Below, one piece after another: positions 1 through 12,736 of a stretch of DNA of 64,000 nucleotides. Source of the stretch: Raillietiella orientalis (Eukaryota); assembly GCA_036172245.1 (NCBI GenBank), contig JAYWIR010000009.1:5022001-5086000 (forward strand), in the 5' to 3' direction. The position numbers were made by a program, and so were the translations under genes. Under the pieces are notes generated by a model, which did no database searches, was not told the origin of the DNA, and worked only from the letters and a program-made list of their open reading frames with translations. Numbering within the stretch: the first letter of the stretch is position 1; every line of letters starts with the position of its first letter.

Positions 1-870
1 TCCTCGACCGCCGAAGCCGGGGTGGACATAGGGAGCAGCAGCAGAAGATCGTCCGCGTACGCTGAAACGGCCGGCGTACCGGCACAGTCGTGCGGCGGGT
101 GCGCCAGAGTTTCCCTGTACGCTTTCAGTACCAACTCAAAGTAGGTACTGAAGAGTAAGGGGCTCAGACTGTCTCCCTGCCGTATCCCACGCCGCACTGG
201 CACGCCGTGGACGGTCTGCCCGCTGAAAGTAAGACTAATTAACGCGTCGCGCCAGCAGGAGCGCAGATAGGCCAATAATGAGGCCGAGAAGCCCAAGCGT
301 TCCAAAAGCTCCAGCAGGGGATTCTGGTCGGCGAAGCCCCGGAGGTGCTGGCGAAGATGCTCCGCCGCCTCCGTATGACTGAGCCAATCCGCCGGCATCC
401 TCCAAACATTGTTCGGAGGTCCCTTGCCCGGCAGGAGTAGCTCAAACTCCAGCATATCATGGTCCGATAACGTGGACGGCACCCTGCCTCTCCTTCCCAC
501 TCGTGAGAGTAGGTGTTCATCGAGGTAGACGTGATCCACGCTTCTTTCGAGTCCAGGCTCGGCGGCTTCCAAGTTACGCGCGTGCACCGACGCGCATGCC
601 TCTTCCACTCGCGACCGTTCCGCCAGGGACCTCGTCTCGTTGGAAAGCAGGTGGACGTTGAAGTCCCTTGCGACGAGATGTGCCACTCTGTCTCCGGAGT
701 TCCTGAGCCATTGGCTCTCCAGCACTTCGAAGAACTCGATTCTTTCGGCCCGCCGATGAAAGCCTCTCGGCGCGTAGACATTCGTCACGACGAGGTTGAT
801 TGAATCTGACCACTTGAGTACAAGTTGGCCCATTCGCCCTTCCTGGTGGAATCGAACGCTGCGCACCGCT
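1..870 (-). mobile_element. Internally deleted L1/Tx1-clade LINE ORF2 fragment (APE endonuclease pieces joined to RT core)
   Basis: The minus strand reads GTPAVSAYADDLLLLLPMSTP (RT YADD) at 1-100 and an LKWSDSINLVVTNVYAP-like endonuclease at ~760-870. Both match the intact ORF2 at 60540-63515. Confidence 0.85.
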
Positions 871-1844
871 CCCGCCATCCTACTACCCTTGGATGTATCT
901 ATGCACCTTTGTAGAGAGGACATTCTTATGACCCCACTTGAACAGTTTTCCAGCTGGGTCCACTACATCTCCAAGGGGATGTGTCTTGCTCTGTGCAGTA
1001 GTCGATATTGCACTGTTACTATAAACCTTATTCATCTCATAGATACCTGATTCAACATTTAGTTAATCCTTTTGCGTGCTCCAGGTGCGCTCGTAAAAGA
1101 AGTGGTTAGTTATTAATGGTTCTTGCTCCGTGAAGTTTAATTCACACTTGCAAATCTGGAAGCGGTCGCTAAGCATTGGAATATTGAACGAGACGGCTGT
1201 CGGTCTAAAAGTCTGCTCCGGAATGCGTCCATATTGCAGTAGTTCGCGTCTAGTGATGCGCTGTCACATAGTATGAAAACACGGTGATATCTTTCCTCGG
1301 AGTTTCGGATCTGCAACTCACGGCTCCGAGAAGATCGCATCTGTCAGGTCTGGTAGTGCTTGTGCCGTCGTGCAAATGTGAAGACCTCCATCTTGCATTA
1401 GTCGTTCATCTCCATCCACGGAGAAGGTGTGCAGCCAAGGTGGACCATTCCTATATTATAACGCTTTGACAGATGGATGTTGTTGGGTGGAGTAAGGCAA
1501 TATCGACTGTGAGCAGCTTAGGGAAGAGGCCTTTCGGTCTGCACGAGCACCTACTTCGGCGCCTGGCAAGCGTGATTTTTCCTCCTTTCCGCAGCTGGTG
1601 CGTCCACATCGTTCCTTCAAGGGTTTTCAGCTGTTGTGCTGATTGAGACGACTTCTACGACGTTTTTCACCTTTTACTGCTCTTCCCACAAAGTTTATCT
1701 GTTTACAAGGTATTTTTTCTTTGGGTGGTGGTGGTGACGATTATTCGCCGTCCCTCGGAAGACATTTTCTAGAATCCTACCCAGGGTTCAAGGTTCCCTA
1801 GTAGTCCCTACTAGGACCCAGAGTTCCAGGAAATGTGTTGTGAT

Positions 1845-2270
1845 GACTAATCCGCAGGAGGAAAAATGCTTGAATACATTCGATCTGTTAAATCATGAGA
1901 AGGTGGCGAAGAACTTGATACATCATTTGAACAAGAAGTGATCTATTTATTATAAATGTAAAGATCGAGATGTGTATTTTTATGTGAGGGCGTGTATGCA
2001 GAATGAAGTGGATCTGGTGACGTAGTTTTGTATAAGCGTCCTTACTGTCCGTAGATTTCTTCTGAGTTTGCAAATGGAATGAACATGAATCTATTAACTG
2101 GTCACCTCATTATCTGCAAGCATACTGTCAATTTTAAAGTTCCTGCTGACTAGGCTGCTGATTGAATTCCTGCTGGATCAAAGCAGTTGTTGATTGGAAA
2201 CTTTCTTTTGTTCCGTGTGTATAGAAATTTTTATGCAATGTTCAAAGGATTGGGACATGTAAATTATTAA
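1845..2270 (+). pseudogene. cap: CRESS-DNA virus capsid C-terminal fragment (EVE)
   Basis: The end reads IPAGSKQLLIGNFLLFRVYRNFYAMFKGLGHVNY*, which aligns with the capsid end at 34749 (FRVTRKFYVVFKHLRDVWLY*). It converges on a Rep C-terminus and has internal stops. Confidence 0.6.
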
Positions 2271-2329
2271 ACTGTGTCAATGGCTTTTATTTTCGAATTT
2301 TAATCTATTACATGATTGACTGGTTTGTT

Positions 2330-2606
2330 GTTTTGATCGTTTACGAAGCCGACTGTCCATCGGTCGCTGCTGATTTTTCCGTAGTTGGGGTCGGGGTTGC
2401 TGAAAGACGATGAAGTTGTGTGAGTTGAATACTTTTGTATGTCCTTGATACTTTGTGCAGCATATTATACCATTTTTAACGGTTTCTATGAATTCGTAAT
2501 TTATGATGTCTTTTTGGACGTCTTTTGTGGAGTCTATGATAACTATTTTCTCGCCTTGTACACGTAGGCGGCATCGGTTTTCCTGCAGTTGCTTAGGTAG
2601 ATGGCT
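2330..2606 (-). pseudogene. rep: CRESS-DNA virus Rep SF3 helicase C-terminal fragment (EVE)
   Basis: AIYLSNCRKTDAAY..GEKIVIIDSTKDVQKDIINYEFIETVKNGIICCTKYQG, homologous to the Rep at 30432-30689 (Walker B region and KNG motif). Confidence 0.75.
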
Positions 2607-3398
2607 TCATAATGACGTCATAGTAGTCTGAAAAAACGGCACTGTTAGTCGGTGTGAATATATAGAAGAGTGGTGTTCTCCCCGATGGTTATCGGTCCTT
2701 CTTTCCGAAGTTTTGGTGGTGATCATCATGGTGGACGGCTCCGAAAGCTTATGGTTCTTGATCCTGCTCGATGCAGCAGTCGCTGCTGTTTTCAGGGTTC
2801 CCTTTAGCACGCCCGAGGTGTGCCTTGTGGAATGGAGGTCGCCGTATTTGAGCAAGTGATCGAGGTTCATGAAGTTGTAGAGAGTCTTAAAGCTGTGGAA
2901 TGCCGCAGGATCCAGAATCCTGGGCGAGAATTGCGTAGCTGCTGTGTAGGTGGCACCACTGCTTAATGTTGTGTGGTTCCTCTTTTTCCCAGTGGTTAAC
3001 GGTGAAGCACCTCGAGAAATAAACTGCGTATGGCATTCCGTAAGACTTGTTTTAAGATTACTGAGTATATACAGGCAAGCAAAGGGGCCATCTGGTAATA
3101 GCATTTACCCAGATGACCGTTGATCTAGGCCTTTGAGAAAATGCACTCTATGCGGACATCGGCCTGCTTCAGCTGATAGACGGCTTCCTTATGGCGTAGG
3201 TAACCTAAAGACTTTATTAGATACAAACAAAACACTTCAGTTATTGAAAACACATATATTATTTTATTGCACTATTCCAATTTGGATCAGACAACTTAAG
3301 CAAGATCATAGGTCTGGATATCACATTTCAAGGAGGTGTCTTTTTCGTCTTCCTCTTACTACTCCAAAGTTCTGTTAGCTCCGATGGCTCAGAACTTG

Positions 3399-4570
3399 TT
3401 ACTTTCTTGGGCCCTCTGAAGCTGGGATGGGCATAATGATCGGAGTCTCAATCACCTGTAATTGTATTGCACTTAATTCTGCATCCGTTATAGCATCTAG
3501 TACTTCAGGTGGTGCAGACATCGCTTTCCTTTTATGGGCTTCTTTGCAAAATGCATCCCACACAGGATCATAATCGTCCTTTGATTTGACAGCTGCTTGT
3601 GAGAAATGTGGAAATTTGTCTAACGAACTTCTCGGGTATAAGCTTCTCATGTAAGATCCTAGCCGGCCTAGGCATGCATCAGCTTCATTGTCCATGAAGT
3701 TAATCCTACGTTCACCAGTTAGGTATTTAGCTTGTGTGTGGTAAACAGCTGGGTTCGCTAGTGCTTTCTCATAAGCTGGTTTAAGAACTAAGAGTTCCGA
3801 CACACGTGGACAATACTTTGCATAAACATTTGCCACTAATTTTCTGAACGCCTGAAAACCGACAGTATGCCGGTGAGTGCCTGCAGGCGTTGATCTGAAT
3901 CGCATTTTGGCATCCGTGCTGAAACGCCATTCTGCGTAGGGGAACACTGGGGCACTACCCTGGTATCAAGTATGCCTACTATGCCTGTCAGTTTTAAAAA
4001 GTGGCCTGTAGAAATGTAGTGCTCCATTTGGTGAGCTAGAGAGATTACCCTCTCTATGTTATATGATTCGAAATGCAGCCTTGCTACTTCAAGCGGATAG
4101 CCCGCGCCTTTGACGTCCTTCGTCCGCATACCAATATGGTGCTTACAGACCCACCAGGATGCTTTCGTTGCCAAAAGTAACTCGAAGCAGTTCTTCGTGA
4201 ATACTGGATCAATGTATCGTGCGATTTTGTCCTTGACTTTTTCAGATGGCCCATTGTATTTGGTAACGATATACCAGTGGCCATCTGGTATCCATTCTTC
4301 ATTAACCTTCCTCTAGCATATGGCACCGTAAGAAAAGCATGCATACAGTAAGTTCAGAGTGCAAGGTTGAAAGTCACTTAAAACGTTTTGTGTCGCCAAA
4401 AACCAGTTTGCAGCATTGCTAAACTGGACTCTGTATGATGTTTCTGTTTCTATATATGCTGGGAGCTTCTGAGTAGAGGGCAATGCGGCATCGCTCACAG
4501 TGATGCCCATTTCGACCCCTCCTTCTACCTGCGGGAGGTTCACTATGAAGGGGTCGTCTGGTTCATTCAT
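3399..4570 (-). pseudogene. Near full-length negative-strand RNA virus nucleoprotein EVE, qinvirus (Qinviridae)-like
   Basis: ORFs 4313-4570 and 3836-4174 share a frame separated by one TAG, then a frameshift near 3950 leads into 3399-3947 (~390 aa total). Motifs ATKASWWVCKHHIG, PAGTHRH, YHTQAKYLTG, LGRLG and PHF are recalled as qinvirus segment-2 protein features. A homologous second copy lies at 33665-34085. Confidence 0.6.
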
Positions 4571-5029
4571 TACTGCACAATCGCAGCCTAGGGCAAACTA
4601 GCAAGTGAAAACAATGCAGTCACATCATCATACTTGTAGGAATGTGCACTCATTGTAAACTGAGTCTTTAGCATATCTTTTCCTTACGGGATAAGCTCAA
4701 ACAAGACTAGTGTGCAATTGGATTTACCTAACCTATGGTGTTTCGACGCATCTTTTGGTGAGTTCGCTCCTCGATTCTCCGGACATGAACCCGGAAATAA
4801 ACGAAAATTATATCTTTGTTCGTCGATTTCACGATTGATCAGGCGAGGAGAAGGTCTTCTACATCAATAACCATTCTAGAACGGTGGATGAAGTACTCGA
4901 GTAGAAGTGGCACATACTTATATTTCTTCAGCACTCGTTGATTCCGGGAAAAGGATAAAGCATGAGAGTCTTCACCATGATCGAAAATTTCAGTTCCCGC
5001 GAAATGATGATGATGCTGTTTCAAATCAC

Positions 5030-5600
5030 CCCTTGTCGACATCGCCATATCTTACTCATTTCATACCTTCTGTCTGCTACCGTCAATTCCCAAATTCATC
5101 ATCGCAAATCCTATCAAGCTATTAGCAAAAACCATCAACAGTAACCTCCACCCTCAGTCTATCTCATCAATTGAAATCTTCATCACCCTACTAACCACTA
5201 TCACTCTCATCAATTTCTCAAGACTTACCCCCTACACATTTCCTTTATCCGCCTATCTCTTCCTATCCCTATCCCTAGCCATTCCACTCTGAACCTCTAG
5301 ACAACTTTTTTCCATCTTCAGCAACTCCTCCCACTTCCTAGCTCACCTTACCCCCAAAGGAACCCCAACATCCCTCTCTCTATTCATCTCACTACTAAAA
5401 ACAATAAGACTAATAATCCAACCTATATCCCTGTCATTACGACTAACAGCCAACATTACTACCGGACACATCCTCATCATTATACTTTCAAACAATATCA
5501 CAAACCTTATCTCATCCAACCCCATCATAACCCTAAAAATTACCATGGCCTTCATCCAAGCTTACATTTTTACCACACTACATCACTTTACACGAACAAA
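5030..5600 (+). pseudogene. atp6: NUMT: mitochondrial ATP synthase subunit 6
   Basis: In the invertebrate mt code: NFSSLTPYTF...HFLAHLTPKGTP...LSLRLTANITTGHIL...AFIQAYIFTTL. Confidence 0.9.
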
Positions 5601-5607
5601 TAACCAC

Positions 5608-6068
5608 AATAACAAATCACCAACCCTTCTTCCTCCACCTCCACAGACCCTGACCCATCCTCACCTCTCTCAGTCTTATCCATAACCCTTTCCCTAACAT
5701 GCCCCATACACAACATCTACTCAACCCTTACCCGCAGCATTACAACCACAATCTTAAATAGATTCCTCTGGGGAAAAGACATAAAGCGAGAATCCTCATT
5801 TATTGGTATTCTTCCAATAAAAATAATAAAAACATTTAAATTTGCAATAATCATATTTATTACCTCAGAAATTTTTTTATTCCTTTCCTTTTTTTGGTCA
5901 TTCTTCCACGCTAGATTGAGAGTCAACCCACAATTCAGATTTTTCTGACCTTCGCCCAATCTTGCCCTACGCTACCTCACAGAAGTGCTTCTATTTAATA
6001 CCATTCTCCTATTAAGATCAGGTATCTCACTAACATGAACACATCACTCTCTTTTTTAAAAAAAATCA
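5608..6068 (+). pseudogene. cox3: NUMT: 5' half of cytochrome c oxidase subunit 3 (copy 1)
   Basis: FITSEIFLFLSFFWSFFH...WP...NTILLLSSGISLTWTHHSL, directly downstream of atp6. Confidence 0.9.
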
Positions 6069-6069
6069 T

Positions 6070-6509
6070 TGATCAGAAAAAGTTTCCGTAAGTGGTTCCA
6101 AATTTATCCTCTCCCCGTACAACTTTACATACTCAGACAGACTCGACATTCCACTCAGATTCCTTAATCCAAGCAACGTACTCGTGGTGCGCTTATGGAA
6201 ATCGGTATGATACACAAAACAACCGACATAATAACCTTCACTACCAACAAGCCTCAACTCTTGACGAACAGTAGAAGCACGCTTCGTAAAATGACAATCC
6301 CTAAACCGAATGCGCGCACCAGAACGCAACACCTTCCCAATCCAGGAGAAAGCACGTCCAAAATTGCCACGATCCTTAACACGCCTGCTCATAGAATTCC
6401 GCTCACGATGATTACCACGAGAATGCAATGCACGACGTCTACGACGCTGTTTACGTAAAGAAACATTCCTAAGATCGGCACGATGACGTGTACGTGTTGC
6501 AACAGGCAT
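6070..6509 (-). pseudogene. cap: CRESS-DNA virus capsid N-terminal part (Arg-rich)
   Basis: Basic N-terminus MPVATRTRHRADLRNVSLRKQRRRRRALHSRGNHRERNSMSRRVK, divergent from rep across a stem-loop. Confidence 0.65.
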
Positions 6510-6627
6510 CCTCACACCGCAACCTCTTGTATCCTCATGCATTCCAAAATGAAGGGAACGAAGAGAATACGAACCCCCTGACCCTCACATTCCGCCAATT
6601 TGACACCGACTACGCAAAAACCACTTG

Positions 6628-6663
6628 GAAAGTGCAGAGGGTGACCCTGACCTCGGCACTTTC
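6628..6663. promoter_or_regulatory. Putative degenerate rolling-circle origin stem-loop of the CRESS virus
   Basis: GAAAGTGCaGAGG-gtgaccctga-CCTCgGCACTTTC lies between divergent cap and rep. The minus-strand loop CAGGGTCAC matches CAGTATTAC at 6 of 9 positions. Confidence 0.55.
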
Positions 6664-6707
6664 AAAACCGTATCAAACCAAAAACACCCACACCAAAGAG
6701 TTGCAAC

Positions 6708-8715
6708 ATGCCGTACGCAAAGTGCACGCGGCGGTGCTTCACCCCAATCAACTGGACAACCGCAGAAGAAACACAGGAAAGGTCACTTCGAAAAGGAAAG
6801 CACGCAATGCTCGGAAAAGAAGCAAGCTCAACAGCAACCCCGCATCTCCAGGGATGCTTTCAACAGCAATACCCTCGACGATACCTCAGCTAAAACGGAT
6901 CCGAGGTTTCGCAAGAGTTCGCTCGTCGGAACCGCCGAAGGAAATCCTCAACACAGAAAGACCAACAACCATGCGAAAGAGGCACACCGACAAACGACAA
7001 ACCTCCTACTACACAAGATCAAATAGATCGATTGCAAGCACGAGTGAACACGGTTCATTTCAGATCATCGCATGCGGAGAAGAGGGAAAAAACAGAAAAA
7101 TCGTTCTGCGGAAACGAAGCACAACCATTCGAAAAACAGAAAGCCTTCCACATCGACGGCATAAGACTCCGAAATACGTACTCTCCAAACAATCCAACCA
7201 TCCTGAAAACATTACAACCATGGCAAACTTCTCCCCCTTGAAACCTCTCTACCGGCTCCTGGCAGCCCACGCATGGATCTCCTGCCGCCCAACGAACTTT
7301 GAGTCCTGGCGGCAGGAACCGTTGCATGCCTGCGCAAATCAACAAATGTTTCGCTCTTGGAACTCCGTTGCGCCAACCTCTCCCCGTACCGCAAGGTGGA
7401 TGAGGTCTGGAACAGCCAGGAGAAGTGGACTCGCCTGGCCGTCACGCCCCTCGCCGACGCGCTGTGAGCCCTCAGGGCAAGAGATGACAGCTGCCGACCG
7501 GCGAGGTTCGAGGTCACCTGCACCATCGCAGGAGCAACCCGACCCATAGGCGGCTGGAGGACCTGCGAGCAGGCAGACGCTGCCACGCCTCGCAACATCC
7601 CGAAGGGACTCCTACGGTGGAGCGAACATTTGAGTGTGCCCCCCGAAGAACTTGTGGTCCACTTCTGTGTTCCCCCTTTCTTGGAAGCAGGACGACATCA
7701 TGCTGGTGCGTTGGGGTTTTCACTCCAACCAGCGGACGAACCGTGTTTCCGGGGGAGTGGTCTCCCCGAACTGTAAACGGTGTGGGGACGTGGAAACGCT
7801 CCCGCACCTGCTCTTGGACTGCGGTGCCCTCGAAGGACTGTGGCGGAGGCTGGCCTCAGCTCTTCTGCACCGGAGGGACACCGCAAGGGACTTGATGAGC
7901 CGCTTCTTCACGCCAGGCGGCCTGTCCTTAGGTGCTGTCATCGCAACGGTCTGTTGCACCCGCGCCATCGACAAGGCCCACCGAGAGCTGGAGAAGCTGG
8001 CGATTCGTCGTCAGGACACCGGAATAGCCAGAGTGAACATGGCGGCCGAGTGGGCCCATCTTCCAGAGGACGTTAGGAGCGAGATCACCGGCAACCATAG
8101 CAGGTTCTGAAAGAAAGGAACGGCCAAACCAAAGACCCCTGTCCCCTACACTCCCCATATCTTTATTTCTATTTTTTATACGTGTATTTGTGGTCCCCTC
8201 GTTCCGGACTGTCGGTTTGCCGACCTGCGTGTCGGGGTTCCCCCCCCCTTCGTGTCTTCTGTGTCCTTTGTCCGGGAACTCTGTTCCTGGATAGTTCAGA
8301 AATAAACGCCCCGGAGCACCCGGGTGAGAAACAACCATGGCAAAAAACCCTACATAGATCCCATGCAAAGAGAACCCAGCGAACGAGATATACAGTGGTA
8401 CAACGATTACCAAGGTAACTGGGCAAAAACCACAGTAGCCGAAACTATCAAAAGCCACGCACCGTACTTAACCAATCGCAAAAAGAGAGGCGCCGGCTAC
8501 ACGCGGAAGGGAGAGACACTCATCATGCTGGACCTCCTCACACGCACACCACATCAACTACGGAATTATAGAAAGCCGAAAAAACGGAATGCCGCGATCC
8601 ACTAAACTATCAAGGTCACGTTGAATTGGACCATCCGCCTCGCTTCATCATCTTCCTCAACGTGGACCCCAACCACGAGAAAATGTCAAGAGACCGCTGC
8701 ATCATCCCTCAATCC
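6708..8715 (+). pseudogene. rep: Full-length but degenerate CRESS Rep, split by a LINE insertion (Rep parts 6708-7227 and 8345-8715)
   Basis: Motif I CFTPINW, motif II GKEASSTATPHLQG, then LQPWQ | insertion | RDIQWYNDYQGNWAKTT (Walker A), LIMLD (Walker B), KNG and PPRFIIFLN..MSRDR. Confidence 0.8.
7228..8330 (+). mobile_element. 5'-truncated L1/Tx1-clade LINE with 14-bp target-site duplication
   Basis: C-terminal CCHC finger CKRCGDVETLPHLLLDC, stop at 8110, 3' UTR with AATAAA plus hairpin. ACAACCATGGCAAA is repeated at 7214-7227 and 8331-8344. Confidence 0.9.
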
Positions 8716-9219
8716 ACTCAAGGTCTGTTGGAACCAATGCCACCTAAGGATGGCATTTCACGTACCACTGCGCTAAGCATTTACGCGTTGAAGCAAAACC
8801 ACGCTGCCGAATTCTTGGCTACCTTGAGCATGAAAATCTCGAACCAATTTTTTCCATTCCGTCTTTCTAAACAAGACGCCGGTGAGGATTCTGTTGCACC
8901 TTCTGACTTTAAAACAGCACAATTGTTTCAACATGTTCCTGTCATCCACATCACCCAATTCATCCTTAGCTTTTGCAACATGGAAAAAAGGACAGATTCC
9001 AGTCATGCCCAGGACACATCGCAAACACACGCCTGAACTGCTTTCTGCTTTTGCAAGACACATGGATGCTAAAGGCACCACGAAAAAAAGCAGTTTGTCA
9101 TCAATTTGGGACTGTGGTAAGGGAGTTTCTCAACACAAAAACGCTACTCCTGCAAAACCATGTAGTCAACTATTATGGAGACTTTAGGACGAGTAGGTTG
9201 TGAGCAGCAAGCATACTGA

Positions 9220-9745
9220 TGTTTCCCATCCCATTCACCTTTCACCGCACTCTGCATAAAGGGCAGCCACGCTCCCTACTATCCAGTGCGAGAGTGGTGC
9301 TCTGCATAGAATTCTCCCATGCAGGAATAGAAACGCCGCCTCTTGCCACTCCATTGGAAGAGTGCTACTGTGCCAATATGCTGGGGGCCACTCAGCTTCT
9401 CCAGTTGCATTCCGTGCAGCTCGCCTCAGCGCATGAGTTCTTTCCGCAGCGTCCACTGCCTGCCGAGTTGTCCACACTTTCTTTAGTTTTTTCCTGCCTC
9501 CAATGAGGCAGGACATTTCCCACGATGCTCGTTCGTTTCTGTCTCTGGTGTGTCTGAGGTACATCAGCAAGGGAGCAAGGAGGATGGAGGAAGGCACAGC
9601 AATTTGCGTGGGTTTTTTCCCATACGCTGCAAGGGCTGTCGAGTGCAAGGGCCTCGTCGGAGGCGAAACGAAGCATTTGGGAGAGGCGACAGGCGTCATC
9701 ACGTCCTGCAACCCACCGACGTTCCCGATCGGGCTGCTTCGGAGA
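9220..9745 (-). mobile_element. Degenerate L1/Tx1 ORF2 C-terminal fragment
   Basis: ASWEMSCLIGGRKKLKKVWTTR...WPPAYWHSSTLPMEWQEAAFLFLH matches ORF 53256-54719. Confidence 0.8.
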
Positions 9746-12397
9746 ACATTCCGTTCAGCGCCTCTTAGCGAGTAAAGTGCCTTTCGACCCATCTTGGAAA
9801 TCGTTTCAATGCTCGGTGGTCGTGTTCCTGAATGCTGCGTTTAGTTCTTTCCTCTATCCTCCTTTTGAGATGCACTTTCCCTGCTACCTGCTCTGCGATC
9901 CGAGTGGCTAGCATCCATCGTCCCACCTTCCGAAGACACTGAACGCAGAACGTGCTTGGGATGGTGGCGTATTGCGCCTCGTTCGAGGCGAAGAATTGCG
10001 CTCTTTGGCTCATGCGTTTTCCTCAGTGCGGTCAGATGGTGGGCGACCTTCAAAGCATTCCGTGTTTGCCTGGCCGCTCGCTGGAAACCGTCGCGTTTCC
10101 CCAGGCGCTTCCTTTGCCAGAAATCGGGAAACCGGCTTCCGGATGCCGTCGACCGGACGATCGCGCCACGGAAGCCAGAACGAGCCGTCGCAGCTGCCAA
10201 TGACGTCCGCCTGCCTGCGATTCAAACGAAACTGTGCGATTCCTTGGTTGCTGTGCAACGCACTCAATCCTGCCACCGTGTCCTGGAATGGCACGATTCG
10301 CATTCGAAGGGTTAGCGCGCAGGGGTTTTTCTAGCATGTGTTGATGACAGGGGTATCAGCTGCAAGCTGCTGATGCCTCTGTCGTTTCTTCTGCTGTTCG
10401 ACGACGAAGAAAACGCTCACCTCCGCGGCTCCCGCGTAATTGGAAGTGTGGAACCTCTGATCGGGAGAGGGTACTTGTTCCCGAAGTGAGCGCACGTGGA
10501 CCCCCGTGCCCCAGACTTGCGGATTTGTGTGCTCTCCTTGCATTCGGGTGATCGCCGCGTTTCTGGCGTACACGCAAGTTTAACGCTCCATCCGTGGCTA
10601 CGGATGAGAGGCAGAGGCCCCATCGGAAAAAGAACCCTTGCTTTGGGATCATGAGAACGTCCCAACTCTGCTGCTCACCACTTAGAAAGTAGCGGTGGGA
10701 GTCGTGGGGCGTGTGCCGTGCCTGCAGGTTACCCAAAGGATTTGTTGGCTTCCTGCGAACGTGGCTACAGTAGCGGAATGCTCATCCTGGAATGGTCGGA
10801 TGGGAGGTGGAAATTGCGATGATGCGCGGCCAGGAATGGGCGATGGCGACTTGAAGAAGGCTGCAGAGACGCACGCCGTTTGCTTTCCATCCGTACCTGT
10901 TTCGAATCCGGAAGTATCCTTCGTGTCGTACTTCTTGCTCGTTCAGGGCACATGGTGAGGTGAACGAAGAGGCACGTTTGTTTGTGGTGGCAGTGATCGC
11001 ATGGTGGTGAGCAGGCTGGTGAGCGTTATTTTCCGATGCAATCCTTTCTTCTTGTTTCGTGATTGCTTGCGTTGCGAGTGAGGGCTGTGTACTGCGGGAC
11101 AGTCGTGTTGATGTTTCGATCGCGCTGACGGGTGCTGCGTGGTCGGTTGGAAAGGGTTCCCGGATTCCATGTTGATGCTGCTGGGCAGCTGCACTGTCGC
11201 CGTTGACGAGGAGTACGAGGTCGTGGCATCACAAGTTCCTCACTGCTGGAAGGGATGGCGGCGCATGTGCCACTGTGGGTTGCGGTTGTCCGGAGAACTG
11301 TGCTAAAGCAGGGAGGGCGTGGGATGCTGCGTCTCAAGGACTTGTCCAGCGAGGGTGGCAATCACGGTGTACTTGGTGTCGCTCGTGTCCTCGCAGGAAC
11401 GTTCCATGTTCCGCAGTGGGGTATGCAATTGGGGGAATTTGCCTGAGAAATGATGTAGATGGGTTGCGTCCTACTCTGCAGCAACGAAATGATTGGCATC
11501 GATGTCGTGCTGGCGATTTCCGATCGTTGGGTGTGGTGGGAAGCAGGACTTACGTGAGGGAGGATATCGGTTTTTGATGGTGCTTCCCTTTGTACGGTTG
11601 GTGGGGTTCCTCCATGGGCGCGTGGGGATGGTACGTATTGCGTGTGCCGAATGTTGGTGTGGTGCTGTCGGAAAAGGTTTGGATAGGAATGGTGGCTGGT
11701 TATCGCACTGTGTTGCTGATTTTGGACTTTTTCGTGATTGCGGACTCGGCCTGGTTGTGTACGAGGTCCAATGTTGCACGATGTCCTTTGCGGAGAGGCG
11801 CATGATGGTGGCGAATAGGATTCTTGGTCGATTCGAGTGATGGTGTTGATGAAGAAGTCTTGAGACGTAGTCATGGTTTGGGCAGGTTTTCGGTGTTCAG
11901 CGGAATTTATCATTATCATTATTATTATTAATGGCACGTAACTAGTATTTAATGGCGGAAAACTAATTTCCATTTCGAAAAGGCAAGTCTTCTGCATCAT
12001 CCTCATGGAAGAAATGGTGCTGCGATTGAGAGGTACTCGGAGTTTGGTTTTCAGCTTGTCGATTTTTATTTTATTCTGTAGGCAGCCCAGGTCTCCACCT
12101 TCCTTGGAGTTTCTGATGGTAATGGTAATCCTTGCGACATTCTTCAACGCGATATGGTGACAAATGCATGAAGCAATTCCGTTCCGATCCGGTTTCCTAG
12201 TTTTGGTACTTTACGTTGCCTTTCAGCCAAGAGATCAGTCGAGCATCAGACATCAATGATTACTAGGATCTCGTATTGGTTCAAATTATCATCATGTTGT
12301 TAGCCCAAAGGATTCGGCTTTACTTCACCTGGTTGTTACATGAAATGAAAATGGAAGTCAGTTTCGAATTGACTCATTTTGCAAACAGTTTTTCCAC

Positions 12398-12736
12398 GTG
12401 GCAACGGAGCTCCTTATGAATTACGTGGTTAAGCATGAAAATGCTACAAACAGTGCTTCGAAGCGTTTGAAGTGCGTAACTGATAAATGTTTACAAAATG
12501 GAGTGAGGGTGAATTCAAAAAATGAATGTCATTTTGATATGAATGCCCACGATTTGATTCAGGAATTACAAGAGAATATTTACGCTTATTTAGGTTATAA
12601 AATGAAAACGTTTGCAGTCAGAGCACGCCGCACACCACGCAATGGAGAAGCTGGAAGAATAAACCGTGCAATACGAAGAAGGAAGATGTTTGTCCAGGGC
12701 AAAATCTACGGCATCTTAGATCACTCCCCATATTAG
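12398..12736 (+). mobile_element. Possible degenerate LTR-retrotransposon integrase core fragment
   Basis: RTPRNGEAGRINRAI resembles the rve motif PxxNGxAERxNRxI. No other support. Confidence 0.3.

Noticed and set aside
6488..7549. 353-aa ORF as a real gene
   Set aside because: It is a chance read-through across the viral intergenic region, frameshifted Rep and the LINE.
8760..9215. Further bunyavirus nucleocapsid fragment
   Set aside because: The minus-strand frame is protein-like, but I could not verify a diagnostic motif.
9765..10330. Penelope GIY-YIG endonuclease fragment
   Set aside because: There is only a vague C..C..LATRIAE resemblance, which is not enough to call.
11960..12180. 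Non-LTR RT thumb fragment (KEGGDLGC)
   Set aside because: A single weak motif; left unassigned.
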